Source: Lama glama
Taxonomy: Eukaryota
NCBI GenBank assembly: GCA_028534125.1
Contig: CM052818.1
Location: forward strand, 44,022,001 to 44,086,000
Length of the DNA stretch: 64,000 nucleotides
Reading direction: 5' to 3'
A program made the translations under genes and the position numbers. The first letter of the stretch is position 1; each line of letters opens with the position of its first letter. The notes beneath the pieces are model-generated. The model did not search any database, had not been told where the DNA came from, and worked only from the letters and a program-made list of their open reading frames with translations. Below are positions 39,401-53,422 of this stretch, piece after piece.

Positions 39401-40919
39401 CTTCTGGAAAATTCAGAGTCAGGGAGGACAGCACTAGAGGTCTCTGCTTATTCTGATGGATGAATTCTCAGTATCTGAAAAAAAATGCTTTCATAAACAA
39501 CAAACAATAAATGGAGAGATGGAAAAAAAGAAACCTTACCTAATTGAGTGATATCAAAAGAAGTAAAGGCAAATGTCTCTTGTTGGAATCAACTGGAATA
39601 ATCAAGTGTCAGGCTGTGGTTCACCCCAGGAAGAGGTCTGCGAAGTTGTTCCAGACAGAAGGTTTGGTTCTGATGCCACTCTGCAGACACAGCCTAAGGA
39701 GTAAACGATTCTGTTGCATTCGGTCAACGACAAGTACCTGTCTAAGTAGTTAAAACCAAGCAAAACCTCTTTCTCAGTAGCTAATTTGAAGCCAAATCAG
39801 GTTGTTAACGGTCTGTGCAATCTCACCATCCTCATCTCTAAAGAGGGGATGATACAGGAGGGTTACGCACATTGCATGAGAACGAATAAGCAGAACTACT
39901 CTGTGCAGTGTATTCATACCAGCTGTTATTGTTTGGCTTTAAGAAAGACCAAGGGTAAGTAGCAGATAGCTGATTCAAGACTCTCCAGAAGAGGTGATTC
40001 TCAAGCTGGGACTCAAAGGCATCCCATGTGAAGGTGGCAGGGGTGGCTTCAGCCCACACTGCCTCCTTTCCCCACCAGAGGTGTCCGTCGCAGAGCCCTT
40101 CTGTGCCCCCGCATACATGTGGCTGGGCGTTCTGATGCATTATATTCAAGGTGGAAAACCCTGACAAAGCAGGGCTCAGGGTAAGAGAGATGAAGACTGG
40201 CTTGTTGAAAATCACCAACTATGGAAGAACAGATGACACCTGGATGGTTTGAACAAGCAGTTTAAACTTTTTGAATCAGAGTTTCTGTGCATGTAGAGAG
40301 GGGACAACAGTGATAGTAATGTGTAAACATTAGTAATTATTACAGCCTCTCAGCAGGAAGTTAGCTGCAGTGTGTTTGTATGAAAAGGTCAGTTTCTCAC
40401 CCGCTAATGTAATCGTTTCCCAAAAAACACAAAGGTAACAAGGCATCTCTGATAAGATGCATGAGAACAGCTGGAAGGGAGTGCATCAAAGTCCTAGGCA
40501 TTGGATTCTAACTCACATCTAAGGATGGTTTGTTCTAGTCATAGCTCTTTAATTCAAATGTAGACTCTATGCATTTCCTCCTCTCTGTTCAGCCCTGGCC
40601 TCTAGGTTCCAAGGATTTGTTAAAAGCATACTCCCTTTTGGCTCTTGTGATGTGTGCCTAGTACATAAGCTTCCCTGTGTAGCCTAAGACTGACTAAAAT
40701 TGGGTCCTTGAACATAGGGATCTAAGATTTTCTGACCCTTAAGCTGATAACGTATTTCAAAGTGATGGGAAGCCAAGCTGTGTGTTGAGAAAGACCAGAT
40801 TCTCAGTAAGGAGTTGTTTTTTTTTTCCCCAGCATAAAAATAATCTTGTTTCTCTGCTCATTCTTTGATACCATGACTTGTCATGGATATTAACAAAGTA
40901 GCATTCACTTAGAGTTTAG

Positions 40920-41110
40920 GCACGTGCTATCCAATATGGTAGCCATTAGTACAAGTTTTTTTAATTAACTCAGTTCTTTCAGTGTCTAATGTTTTAGACA
41001 CAATTCGAGTGCTCAACAGATGTATGTGACAAGTAGTTAGCATAGTGTATTGTGCAGATGTAGGACATTTTCATCACAGTGGGGGGGGTGGTCCTTTCAG
41101 TGAGCACTGA
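40920..41110. mobile_element. hAT-Charlie MITE (MER3-like)
   Basis: gtgctatccaatatggtagccattagtac...gagtgctcaacag...gcagatgtaggacattttcatcacag...gagcactg. Confidence 0.75.
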
Positions 41111-41399
41111 TCTAGGCCAAAACCTGAAGTCATAAGAAATCATGGAGAGAGTAATTTTTAAAAGTAATGATGTCACTTCTGTGACATTCCGCCTTTTAAG
41201 CCAATATCTTTGAGTTCACCTATAAAATGGTCCCTTGGAACCTGGACTCTGGTTTATAACTTACTAGCCAAAAAAAATCTTGGGCAAATTACCTAACCCT
41301 TTTGTAATTCCTGGTTTTGTTTTCTAAATAATTGGAAGGATAATATGCACTTATTGAATGAAATAGTGCAAGTGAGAATCATTTTTTAAACTTGTTTCT

Positions 41400-41820
41400 T
41401 CACTTGATAGTCTCTGAAAGCAAGAAAACAGCTGCCTTCCTTTCAGCTGTGTCCCCAGCAAGAAGCACCAAACCAGGCACACAGTACATACTCAGTAAAT
41501 AAGCACTGAATTCATAAATTCAGTGAATCAATAAGTAAAATAACATATTCCGTAAGTTACTAAGAGTATGTTCTGTGCCAGGTGCAAGCCTCTACAGTGG
41601 GACTATAGGATAAAAGTAAGAGTTCCAGCTTCAAGGAGTTCGTAATATGTCTGGAAGCAAATAACAGCAACAACAAAAAACAGATAATCAAAACTGATCT
41701 TGAGATACGTTACAATAGAGGTGCCAAAAGGGTACCTTACTCAGCCTCGGAGGACGTGTTGGGGGGTAGAGAGAGCATCACAGAAGGACGTTGGCTTTTG
41801 ATCTGTAAAATGACTACATT
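41400..41820. mobile_element. Two L2 3' fragments tail-to-tail (+ at ~41400-41530, - at ~41525-41820)
   Basis: ccccagcaagaagcaccaaaccaggcacacagtacatactcagtaaat, then ttactaagagtatgttctgtgccagg...gcttcaaggagtt. Confidence 0.6.
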
Positions 41821-43349
41821 TCAAGTAAATAAATACATATAAATATAAACAAACAAACAAATAAATACATAAAAACAAAAAAGAAATTCATATAGTTAAT
41901 GAAAACAACAGTCATGGAAGATCAACTGCCCCCCACTGATACTCCATTAAGCAAAGTGCTTCCCTTTTCAACAATCTGGGATAACCTTATGGTTCAAGCT
42001 GAAGATGCCATTGCTCTTAAGTCAAGGATTTTTATCTCTCAGCTATAAGCAGAAGCATCAGATCACAACCAGAATAAAATCCATATTCCCTCAGGGCGAG
42101 CTGAAAAGTGAAAAACAGAATATTAGAATGCGTGAAAAATTCACAAGGTGAAAAATTAAGGATGGGAGTATAGGAGAATGTTTCCAGATCTGAAGACTGG
42201 TCATCCCAACATTTTTTCCTTCTCCCTTTTCCCCAAAGTCACATTCTGGGGAATCATTGCATGACATTTCGTCTCTGTAAATTCCTCACCTGGCTCGTAA
42301 ATTCACTGATGACTCAGGGAGGTTGAGAACATAAGTCCTCTACAGTCAGACTCGTGGTTTCCTTTCAGGCTCATTTAGCCTTTCATTGCAAAAGCAATGC
42401 ATCTGCTAACCACAGGGACATGGCTGGCGCACACTGGAGACAAAAAAGCTCAGTGTCATTGCCTCTGAGAGATGGCTGTGGACTAGGAGGCACAGTTAAC
42501 GTGGGAGGAGGCGGGATAATGAAGCATCACTTTTGTGGCTTCTGAGGAGCATTCCTCTGGCAGGAAGCATTGAGTTTGCCCCCCAGCCCGTTTCTCTGCA
42601 TCTACTTGGCCAGCAGTCAGGGGAAGACTTTCTTGAAATTAGTACAATATGTACTGCTTAGTGATTTAAAAGGCAGCAGAAGGACCCCTCACTACCATAC
42701 TAGAACATCACAAATCCTATCATATGCGACTCCATCAACTCAGATTGTCTGAAGGTCTTAGATTAGCTTAACCTGCAAATGTACTCTCAGGTAGGGCAGT
42801 GTAATTAAGACCTCTTCAAAATAAGAACACCCCACCGGGGAATTCAATGAAGCAAGGCTCTTTGGAATTAAACTGGTCAGGTATGAGACCTTTATGTCCC
42901 TAGTCTTGTGAACTCTGATCAGGGCACCACCTCGAGGCGTTCTCCCAGCATCTTTGAGTAACATCCTAGTGCATCTGCTGGGCTCTTGTTCTCCATTTAT
43001 TTGCCTCCCTTATTAGACTAAAAGCTCCTAAAGGCAGTGACTTTATACAGATCTCTGAATATGTAGGCTCAGGATCTGATACTGAGCGAGCACTTTGACA
43101 ATGGCTTAGGGAAAAAGAGAGAGGGGCAGGGAATGAAGGAGATGAAGGAAACTTTGGATGGATCAGTAAGTGCTCTCAGTCAATGTCCCAAAATATAATT
43201 TTTCATGTATTTTTTTATGTCAAGAGGGAAGCAACAACAGATGAGTACAGTGATCGGAAAGCGAGTTTTGGAAAACTGATGTTTGAATTAGAATTCAGCC
43301 CCTCCTCCCCTAATGCTATTAAGCAAGACTTTGAAGTTCTTTGAATACC

Positions 43350-43806
43350 ATTCAAATGTTTGCAGTCTGGGTCCAAATTATGACCTCAAACTTATTTCCT
43401 ACCATTCCCCACCATCATATCCCTGAAGCAATACCCAAGTTAAAATTCTTATTATTATCTGGTCCTTGTGATGGGAACAGCATTTTGCTTCTGCCTATAA
43501 TGTGTCCTCACTGGGAGTCATTATTTATCCTTCAAAATTTGTCTTAAACATTGCTTCCACCTTGAAAGCTTCCCGAAGCACAATTCGTTTCATTTTCCCT
43601 GTATTTGAATTGCTTTCTGTGTCCACCTTTATTACAGTACTTGTCAACCTGTTTTAATCATTTATTTTCCTAGCTTCTCTCCTCAGCAGTGTGTAAGTTT
43701 TTATAGGACAAATCCTATGTTTGATTTATGTCTAGATCTCCAGTGTCCAGAATTTGGGTGGCCCCTAACACAAAGCAGGCACTTGGGAAAATGTTGACTA
43801 AATAAA
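43350..43806 (+). mobile_element. L2 LINE 3' end
   Basis: atccttcaaaatttgtcttaaacattgcttccaccttgaaagcttcc...cacaaagcaggcacttgggaaaatgttgactaaataaat. Confidence 0.65.
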
Positions 43807-45089
43807 TATTTAACAATGATTATCTTGGACAGATTCCCCAAAAAAGATGCTAGAGGAATCCAAATGAGGACACTGAATAACAAGAAAAGTGCTGGACCTG
43901 GACTGCATTGAGATGGAGTCAACTCCTCTCTGGGGTAAGACGTGTCCCCAGAAGTCCCCTTGCAAGTCACCAAAGATAGCAATGAGCAAGGTTAGAAGGA
44001 GAGAAAAAAATCCGGGGAGCCTAGTTCACGACCTTGAAGGTGATACTTGAGACTCATACTACTTCTGGATGGAATCCTGGAAAAGACCTTGGACTAGTCT
44101 TTAGAGTAACTGTGTTGAAATCCTAGCTCAGGTCTCTACCTGTTATGCAGGGAACTCAAGATGATTATGACAGGAACTATCAGGCGTTCATCTAAACCAC
44201 CAAAACCAATTTGTTCTTCCTCCTGAGCACACGGTTAGGTTGCCTATCCCAGCCGCCGTACGCCAGGTATGACTATGTGCCCAAATTCAGGCTGCGGGAC
44301 CCCTGAGCAGAAGCTACATTTTCTGCTCCCAGGCTTGGACCATGCAAACCTCTCATGGGATCCTGCACGTACGGTTTCTCCTTCATCTGCTAGACAGGGT
44401 TGGCAGAGGGCTCCACGGCCTCGGGTGTCGCAGACCTGCAGAGGCAAGGAGCCAGGACCTCTGCAGGCGTGGAGAGGAACTCTCTCCGCCTTCCTGCTGC
44501 CAGCCCGCACCACGGGACTAATGAGAATGATAAAGACCGCGCCCCTCAGTGGCTTCACGTATTCAAGGTTTCCTCTTGTAGCCATTTGCCTCCAGTACTG
44601 ACAGATGCTTCATCCTGTCCCTTGTCTGGCAAATGGAGACCCTAATTCCTGCACTGCCTTCTTCACGGGGTTAATGTAAAGACCCAGATAAGGTTTTGTC
44701 AACTGTAACATCCTTAACCCATGTCGCCTGACTTTATTGCTGCCGTTTCTCACAGGAAGTTGAGCAGGGAAAGGAAATGATGTCAGGGGAGTTAATATTC
44801 CACTGCAGGAGGCCAATAGAGAAAGTGCATGTCTGGTCCAGGGTGAGTTGGACAAACCTTCTTTTAATGAAGCCTTGGGCTGAATATTCTGTGCTTTGGA
44901 AGTGCTACCTCTGAAATCTGTTCCGTTTGGTCTTGGGATCTGGTAAAGCTGCTTCAGGAAACTACCCTCAACCCGGCGGGCATTTGCTACTCCGTGTGCG
45001 GTCCTGGGTAACAGGGCCTTGCTTTGGGCCGCAAAGTCATTATGCATAAAACGAAGGGTTGACCAGAGGCCTCTGGGCCTCTTTGTCTT

Positions 45090-45260
45090 GTTAAGCATCC
45101 TTAGAAGTGGTCGGCTCTCTGTCCCTGGGCGTGTCTGAGGGGGGTACAGAATATTTGGAAAACAGATAGAGGAGATCCCAGCCTCGGGGAGGATCGCCTG
45201 ACCTGTTGTCCTTTAGGTCTTTTTTCAAGCCTGAGATTTCGGAGATGACTTTGTGACTAG
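45090..45260 (+). mobile_element. L3/CR1 3' end fragment
   Basis: ccttagaagtggtcggctctctgtccctgggcgtgtctgag...ctttaggtctttttcaagcctgagatt. Confidence 0.5.
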
Positions 45261-45304
45261 GAGGACGATGAGTCACAGGTCTCTAAATCTATTTCAGGAA
45301 ACCC

Positions 45305-45550
45305 GTGGGAGGTAGCGTGGTGTGGTGGAAAAGAATAAGGGCACTGGAGTCACCCAGACCCGGGTTTGAAATCTGACTCTAAAACTCACAAGCAATGTGA
45401 GGTGGAAACATTGGGCTGATGCCCTGAACCTCAGTTCCCTTCTCTGTACAATGGGCGCAATCGCCCGCCCTCCCGAGTGGTGGTGAGTGCTTACAGGGGA
45501 GGCGTGAGACAGCAGCAGAATGGGGTCTGGCACACTGAGCGCACACAGCA
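45305..45550 (+). mobile_element. MIR SINE
   Basis: gaggtagcgtggtgtggtggaaaagaataagggcactggagtcacccagacccgggtttgaaatc...ctgaacctcagttcccttctctgtacaatggg. Confidence 0.85.
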
Positions 45551-45974
45551 CACCCCCTCTGGTTCATACTCCTAAGAAATATCATGACAACTTTCCTGAA
45601 CCTTCCACAGGTTCCAAATATGGGATGAACACCATCTTTTTTCTGACTTAGTAAGATCACCTTGGTCAGTGTTTCTACAGTACACAGATATATTTATATT
45701 CACAGTTCAAAGCCACCAAAAGTATTATTCAGAGAAATATATTTCAAGTATATTCCAGCACAGCCTCGGTTTCCTCATGGAGATAATAGAAATAGTATCT
45801 GTCATCGGTGTTTTGGGAGAGTTAAATAAACTATGACGTACAGCACCAAGTTCATGGGCTGTCAGTGGGATTTAAATCTTTTGGAGATCAAACAGTGATT
45901 ATGTACTTCCTGTATGTCCTGTGCTGTGTTCCTTGATGGGGTTCAGGAAGACACGGATCAGAACTCTCGTGATC

Positions 45975-46205
45975 GTAACTAGCATTTACTGAGTGTTCGG
46001 TGTGTACCTGGCACTGCGCTAAGTGCTTTCAGTGTATTTTCTTACTTATCCTTCAAAACAAAGTAATGAGCAGGTATGACTGGTTTCATTTTAAAGTTGA
46101 GAAAATAGCTATTTAGGCAGTTGACGTAACTTTCCAGGTGACTAAATTCTAGAACCAGAATTCCAACCCAAGATCTTTAGGTACAAAGTCTGTTCCTTAA
46201 CCCTG
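45975..46205 (-). mobile_element. MIR SINE
   Basis: gcatttactgagtgttcggtgtgtacctggcactgcgctaagtgcttt...gaaccagaattccaacccaagatct. Confidence 0.8.
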
Positions 46206-48021
46206 TCTGAATAGCATGGCTGAGCGGGTGGGGGCTCCTCTCCTTTAGGTGGGACCTTCATGGGGAGAGTTTGTACGGGGGAGATCAGTTCAGGTCACCC
46301 CATGATGAGGACCCAGTGCCACTGGGACACCCAGGTGGAGATGCCCTGCAAGGACTTCTATGCCTGAGTTTCTCAGATCAGAGGACTGACAGCAGAGATT
46401 TGAACGTTAAAGCCTCTTCTCTTTCGTGAAATACTTCATGCGCAGGAACGGAAAAAACACATCACTCACAACAGAAGGAACAGCAGCTGGCTTTGCAGCG
46501 CAGCCTTCAGGTGTTAAGAGAAGGTTCCTACTGAGGCTTCTGAGAATTTGGAGGATGATTCTTTACTGAAAAACAACAATGGCCACCATGCTATGTATTT
46601 TTGTTGAATCATTGAACGAAACCACGATCTAGAGAGTACAATTAAAATATTTTAAACCCCAGGCATCTGTTTCCTTTTCCCTGGATTTTTGGGTGATTCT
46701 TTTGACAACTCTGGGTTCCACCGGCTTAGCCTTGCGGTTTTGGAGCTATCACTGGTGAACCTCAAACCAGATGTTTCACGTGGGAAGTAGCAGCTGTCGG
46801 GGGAGGCAAGGGTGGCATTTAGGTGCACAGACAGAAAAATTGAATCAGCAAAGATTTCTGGGCTTTCTTCTCACATTCAGATACAAAGTGCAGAGCGGTA
46901 GAAAGAGAGGAGGGCCAGGAATGAGGAAAGCCAACTGCCGGTGCTTTTGTGGCTGTGCGACCGAGCTGGCCGCTTACTCCCCCCACCTCCGGCTCCGCGT
47001 CTTTGATTTTAGAGCTCTCCACCCTTTGCTAATTCTTAGATCCTCTTTGCAATTCCAAATTTTCTGGTTTCCACTTCCTGTTCCATTTGTCCCCTCCCAG
47101 AATATTTGACATCCACTTAAGTCTGCTAACACATTTCTTGAATTTTTGAGGTCATGAGTTTGCAGATACAAGTTCTCTCATGAGTGGTGTCTCCCTAAAT
47201 TCTGAGCCCACCCATTCGTCAAGGTTCAATTACCACTTCCCTCAAGGAAGAGACCCTAAATGACTCATGCTCATGTTCTAATTTACCACTCTGGATTTTG
47301 ATTCTCTCAGAAACTTGGATTCAGCAAATGTGCACGGGCCTCAAAACCCCCCTAATTTTACCCATGGAGTAACTGAGGACTGCATAGAACTGATACCTAA
47401 TAGAGAGTCCAGAATTTTTTTCAATTGTGTTGACTATTTCTAGACTTTAATAGAAACCATCTATTTAGAATTTCCCTCTAAGAAATAATATCTTTCTCTT
47501 TCTTGGCACTCCCTCTTTACCACTAGAGTTCACGGCAGCTGTGAAAAAGTCCAGATGTTGGTGAAACCCATGCCCACACCTCCACGTGGACCGTAGTAGC
47601 AGAGAGGGGTAAACACACTGAGATTAAAGCCCCAGGCTCTGCTCCCAGCTTTCATCTGCCGTGTGGCCTTAGGAAGATCAATTCCTTTTGTAGGAACAAG
47701 GTCTCTGTTTCCTTACCCCTACTTTCCTGTTCCAGGTGAGAAATTCCTGAGTAAAATTTATGAAAGCTCGGTGTAAACCATAAGGAACTGCACAAATGCA
47801 AAGTACCTCTGAGACTCAGAGAGGCTGGGACCCTGCCTAGGGTAGCATTTGTCTATGTGCACTTGGGGAGGAGGATGTTGAATTTTTTGGGTAACAGCTT
47901 TATTGAGCTGTAATTCGTATACTGTACAAATCCTCGATGTAAAGTAGATTTTGACTGACTGAGATGTGTACTTCTGCCCAGTGACCTGTCTCTGCATCAC
48001 CTTCGTATTTATTTTATTGTT

Positions 48022-48026
<5 letters not shown>

Positions 48027-48072
<46 letters not shown>
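48027..48072. repeat. (TG)23 microsatellite
   Basis: Directly visible. Confidence 0.95.
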
Positions 48073-48076
<4 letters not shown>

Positions 48077-50359
48077 TGGTTTTCCCTAGGCTTAGAGAGG
48101 CAGCAGCCCTGCCGGGTGACCTTGATTTTCAGGGCTCCGAGTCCCTTGGCTTTCGGTATGAGTCGTCCTGACCTTCTCTTGCTTGTTCAACCAGCAGAGG
48201 GGCAGGAAGGGGAAGGGTGGAGGGAGCTCCCACCCTTTCCTGCATAACAGCAGAGACCTCAAACCTCCACCAGCGACCAGGCCAGCAAACAAAGAGCAAG
48301 GCTTTTGTGCATTTTACGTCTCTTTCCCCTGCTACCCAACTTGAGACCATCTCTTCCCCTTCTTAAATGGTCCTCTTCTCTTTTTCCTATTTTTTTTTCT
48401 ATTATTTTAACAGATCAAAAGTGTCTGATGACTTGGGAGGGCATATCAGGAATACAAAAACACTACCAGGGAAGAACATTGCATCAATAATTATTGGCAT
48501 CCTGCTCAGCTTTAGACAATGATGGTTAAAATTACCCGTCTCCACTGACTGAACACGTTATCTGTGACACGAAGTAACTTTTCTCCCCCCGAGTCAAAAC
48601 TGCATTCCGACTGGTCTTGACAGGACAGGAGGCATTTTTATTTGGACACTGCATTATATTTTTTTTAAAAATAACCTTGTTGATCACATTTAAAGTGGCT
48701 CCAGACCCAAAAATAAGAGAGCTGCCAATGGATGAATCATTGACACTGCCGGGTGCGAAGCAGCTCAGAGTGGCCTCTGCCTGGGGACGTCGGTGCAGCC
48801 AGGGCAGCGGGTGGGATGGGGAGGCAGGGCGGGAAGGAGCCCTGGGTTAGGAGCCGGGAGCCCAACCTTCTAGTCTTTCTGTTCCTTTAATTCTTTCCAG
48901 CTTAGACTATTCACTGCCTTCTTGGGGTCTCGATTTTCTCACCTGCACATCCAAAGGGAGTTAAGAGTCCCTTAAGTGCCCCTAGAGCTATGGAGACACA
49001 CATTTCTACAATTCTAAGGTCCAGCTTAAGAAGAAAAAGCATGACCCCTCTGTTTCTATAGAAGAACGAATCCCCTGTAGGCGCGAGGTGTCAGACATGT
49101 CAGAACTTCTCTCCTTCCTTCTCTTTCACTTTGTTCTAGAAATCCAAGGAAAATCCCCAGGTTTTCTGCAGAGAAATCAAGAAAGCAGTGAAGTTTGTCC
49201 TTTAGCCTGCTTGACTCGCACCTCACTGCCGTGGGCCCCCTCCGTCCCTCCCCCAGATTTCACTTACCATTAACGAGTGACCAAATCTACACCAGAAGCA
49301 GCTACTGCAAGTCTGTTGTGTGGATATAAAGCTGGCTGACTCATGCTCTCTGACCTTGAGCAGTAAGTCAGAAAAAAAAAGATTTTTTTTTTCCCACGGT
49401 GAAGAAAGGCATTTTTACATCACTTATTTTATTAGATCTTTACTACAGCTTTGTGAGGTTATTATCAACAAGCGAATGGAGGTTCAAAAGTGGGGGTGAC
49501 TAGAGGGAGGTGACTGGAGCGGGGGGCAGGCTCACGGACTCCTGGGTGCAGTGTTCTTTCCAAAATACCCTCCCTCCTTCAGAGGATCAAGAAAGCAACT
49601 AAGACACAGGGCGGATGGTAAATAGAAAGTGAGGGCTCTGAGAGGGCGGCCCAACCCAGAAGTTTCCTCTCAAGGACAATGAATGTCCCTGCAGTTGCGT
49701 CTTTATCTACAGAATGTGGACAGCACCTGACGCTGGGAGCCGCACAAGTGTCTGCTGGGCAGGTGATGAGCATGTGGCGGGGAGGGGGAGGCTTTAGGAA
49801 GGAGCCACACCGTGGAGCTGGGTCCTCAGGGGCAGGGATGGACCCTCCATGGGTGGAAAGTGATCCCGTGTGTCTGGAGCATTGGGGTTATACAGGGGAG
49901 ATGAAGAAGAAAGGGCTAAGGTTATAGTCGTCGGGAAACATGAGTGTAAAGGAGAAATTCGAACCTTGTGCTCTAGGCAATGGAGATCCTAAAACTGCTT
50001 TGAGTGATGTGATAACAGGCTCATGTGAACAAATAAAGACTAATTACAATAATCAGGCATCTAAACGAGCATGTGGATGGTGCACTGCCATCAATCTCCA
50101 AACTCGTGCTCCCCTGGGGCTACCACTCTCTTGACGGTAAGAAAAGCCCCCGTTTTTGGCTTGCTGACTCGGTTTTGGGGCTCCCAGGAGAAGCTCTTTC
50201 TCCTGGCCTCTTTTCTATCCCATTTTCCAGCACAGCTGCTGATGACACAGTGACCGACTCATCTTGGTTCCCCTGAAATATTCCTGGTTTTAGCACGGAA
50301 AGCCATGCTTCCCAGAAAACCGTTCAGCCCCGGATACATTTATTATGTGCATGTGGGCA

Positions 50360-50925
50360 TCTCTCAGATTGTGGGGCCCAGCCCAGTCTTCTCTTCTGGA
50401 GTCCATACCCATATGTCCAACAATGTTCAGGCAACTTCACGTGGGTGACTCAGAGTTAATTAAAACCTAGTGTATCGCCTACTGATCTCATGATTTCCTG
50501 CTAATTAAAACCTAGTGTATCGCCTACTGATCTCATGATTTCCTGCTATCCAGAACAGCAGCTCAGCCTCTGTTCCAGCACAGTCCACCCAGGTGCTCAG
50601 TCTAGAAATGCATGGTATCACAGAACCCCTCTCTCCGACTCTTCCCACTCCCAGCCACTCTCCTCTTGAGGACCTCCCAGACTACCGCTCTTCTCCATCC
50701 CACTGCCACTCCCCTAGACCAAGCCACCACCAGCCCTTCCCTAAATTTTTGTAACAAAATCTTAATTTGTCCTCTTGCTCCTCTGACAGGTTTTTTTTAA
50801 AATCATAACAAGAGCCATGACTTAAAAATACAAATCTATGTGTTTAACTATGCTCTTCAGTAATTACCAGTGATTTGTATCCGAACTCCTTGACCCAGCT
50901 CACAAAGTCCATTATATCTGAGCCA
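50360..50925 (+). mobile_element. L2 LINE fragment containing a 45-bp tandem duplication
   Basis: cagcccagtcttctcttctggagtccatacccatatgtccaac...ccgctcttctccatcccactgccactcccctagaccaagccaccacc...ccgaactccttga. Confidence 0.7.
50457..50548. repeat. Perfect 45-bp tandem duplication (2 copies)
   Basis: taattaaaacctagtgtatcgcctactgatctcatgatttcctgc at 50457-50501 and 50502-50546, identical. Confidence 0.95.
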
Positions 50926-52605
50926 TGCAGACATTGGCAGGATACCCAGAGATGCTCTCCCACTGATTCATGTTGGGGAGGGAAGTCAGGGGCACAGAGT
51001 TAAAGGGTGAAGACTTTTCTACTTCTCTTCCTTAATAACATAAACTCTGGAAAATAATTTCCACTTCTTCTCCTTGTGGGATGTGATTTAAAATAAAGCT
51101 ACCAGCTTCCATTTCCCCAAAGGGAGACAGTTTGTTAACCTGATGGGTAAGGACTTGAACTTGTCAGCCCATGTCTTGCTAGTAGACGGGGTCTCTTTGG
51201 TCAAAGCAGCTCTTGCTTGGGATCCTGGCATCCCCAAAGGCAGGTGTGTTCTTGTCTTCCGTACTACCTCAAATTTAAATCAGGGCTCTCTCTCTTTCCC
51301 CTTCTTTCTTTCCAGACTTCAGGCGCACCTGCGTACATAGATCTAAAATTTTAGATTCAGAGACCAAAGCCCAAACTGAACCTCTAGCCTAAACCACAGT
51401 TGCTAATCCAGGCTTTACCAAGGCTCTGTTTTTGAAGTATCAAATGCTTGCCTGGTTAACCATAAACACTATTTTCCTAGTTGACTATCACTCTGTTTGT
51501 TCAAACCACGTCAGCCCCTTGGGGTTGGGAGCAGAGTCCTGAAATTCTACGAGACTCTACATATGCTTTGAGGTTGGATTTAAATGTGATTTTCTCAGTT
51601 TTTCTGTCCATAACCATCACGACTAGCGCTCCTTCTGATATTTTCCTATACCAACTCTTCCTTCCATAAAAGAAATCATAATTCCTTGTTCAGAATTCCT
51701 TCCTCACTAGAATATTGGCTCCAAGAGGACAATGATCACAATAGGATATTTCACTTCTGTATCCTTGGTTCTAGGTAAAGAGTTGAGTGCACATTATTAC
51801 TCAGCAAATATTTGTGAAGTTAATACAGAAAACAACTTCTGCCCATCTTTTCCTCAATTCTGCTGGAATATCATTGAGAATTAAAGGAGATTAAGAATGT
51901 GAAAGGGCTTTGAAAGTCTAATGAACTGCATTCCTAGACACTGAAATTTTTTTTGAATATTCATCTGTGTACCAGCACCTGCCCTCATCAAGTCTGCCCC
52001 ATAGGGCAGAAGGTATTTTTCGTTTACCCAACTTTTACCATCTTTAGTTCTAGAAGAGATCCCCTGTCATTGAAGAATTAATGCATGTCTGAGTTGTTCT
52101 TTGACCAACTTTGCCCTGTGTAAGTACGAGGACATTCTATATCTCAGATTTTGACCCCAGATTAACTCTACTTTCAATGGAATATAAGAAGATCTTTCTC
52201 AGCAACAGAGAAGCAAATACTATCTGTTTCTTGGAAAGTCCTTTTCTCTCTCAACAGATTTATTATTAATAGTTTTTTAAAAATGGCCAGACAATTGGGA
52301 AAATGAAGTAACCATATTCTAAGAGATTAGACTGATGACAAGAGCAGCAGTATTCTCCCCACTTAGACGCTTTGCTTCCAAGAGAGCTGTTGGGATGGAT
52401 GGAAGGGCTGGTCTCAGGTCATAAATCCTCTTGAGGGACAAAAAGAAAAATTGAACTATTTTGGAAAAGTGTCACTCATAAAATCTGGTTGTAAGGAAGC
52501 TCTCTCAGGAAATCAGGGAACTAATATTGCTTTTGATGTCAATAAAAAAAAAACTCCAATGAGTCACATGCATACCTACTACACTCTGCTATACCAACAT
52601 GTGTA

Positions 52606-52608
<3 letters not shown>

Positions 52609-52657
<49 letters not shown>
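52609..52657. repeat. (AC)24 microsatellite
   Basis: Directly visible. Confidence 0.95.
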
Positions 52658-52659
<2 letters not shown>

Positions 52660-52791
52660 GGGACCACATTATATAGGAAGACAATATTCTAAAATTATGC
52701 AGATAAAGCAAAAAACACATATACTCAAAATGACCCTGGTCATCCTTTCTTTGATTGGGCCCCTAATTCAGTAGTTGCATGGGTTCCAGGG

Positions 52792-52793
<2 letters not shown>

Positions 52794-52825
<32 letters not shown>
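52794..52825. repeat. (TG)16 microsatellite
   Basis: Directly visible. Confidence 0.95.
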
Positions 52826-52831
<6 letters not shown>

Positions 52832-52995
52832 ATGGGCATAGAGGGACTCGCAGCTTAGCGAGGGCTCCAACTCTACAGCCCCACCCACCCAAGCTCTAAG
52901 CCATGGAGACGTCGGCACGTATTCACTTCCCATCTCATGCTCGTCCTGGGACATCAACTCACTAAGGATAATGGTGGGCAGGTTCCCCCAGCCTC

Positions 52996-53422
52996 TGTAT
53001 TCAGTCAGAGTTCTCCAGAGAAAATGAACCAGTAAGCTCCATCTAAAATCACATGGGCTAATTCCTTGTGAAGGTTGACAGATCTCAAGATCTGCAATCA
53101 GCAAGCCAGAGACCCAGGAAAACTGATGGAGTTCGTTCTATCCCAGCCTGAGTCTGAAGGCAGAAGAAGTCCTACATCCCAGATCTAAGACAGTCGGGCA
53201 GAGAGAGGAGTCTTTCTTACCCCAACCTCTTGTTCCCTTCAGGCCTTCGGTGGATTGGATGAAGCCCATCCACATTAAAAGAGGCCCTCTGCTTTACTCG
53301 ATCCACTGACGCCAAAGCTAATCTCATGTGGAAACAGCCTCACGGACACATAAAGAAAAATGCTGAACCCAATATCTGGAAGCCCCATGTCCCAGTCAAG
53401 TTGACACATAAAATTAACACCC
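52996..53422 (-). mobile_element. MLT2 (ERVL) solo LTR
   Basis: tgtattcagtcagagttctccagagaaa...gagacccaggaaaactgatgg...ggattggatgaagccca...cccagtcaagttgacacataaaattaac is the reverse of the MLT2 consensus. Confidence 0.9.
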
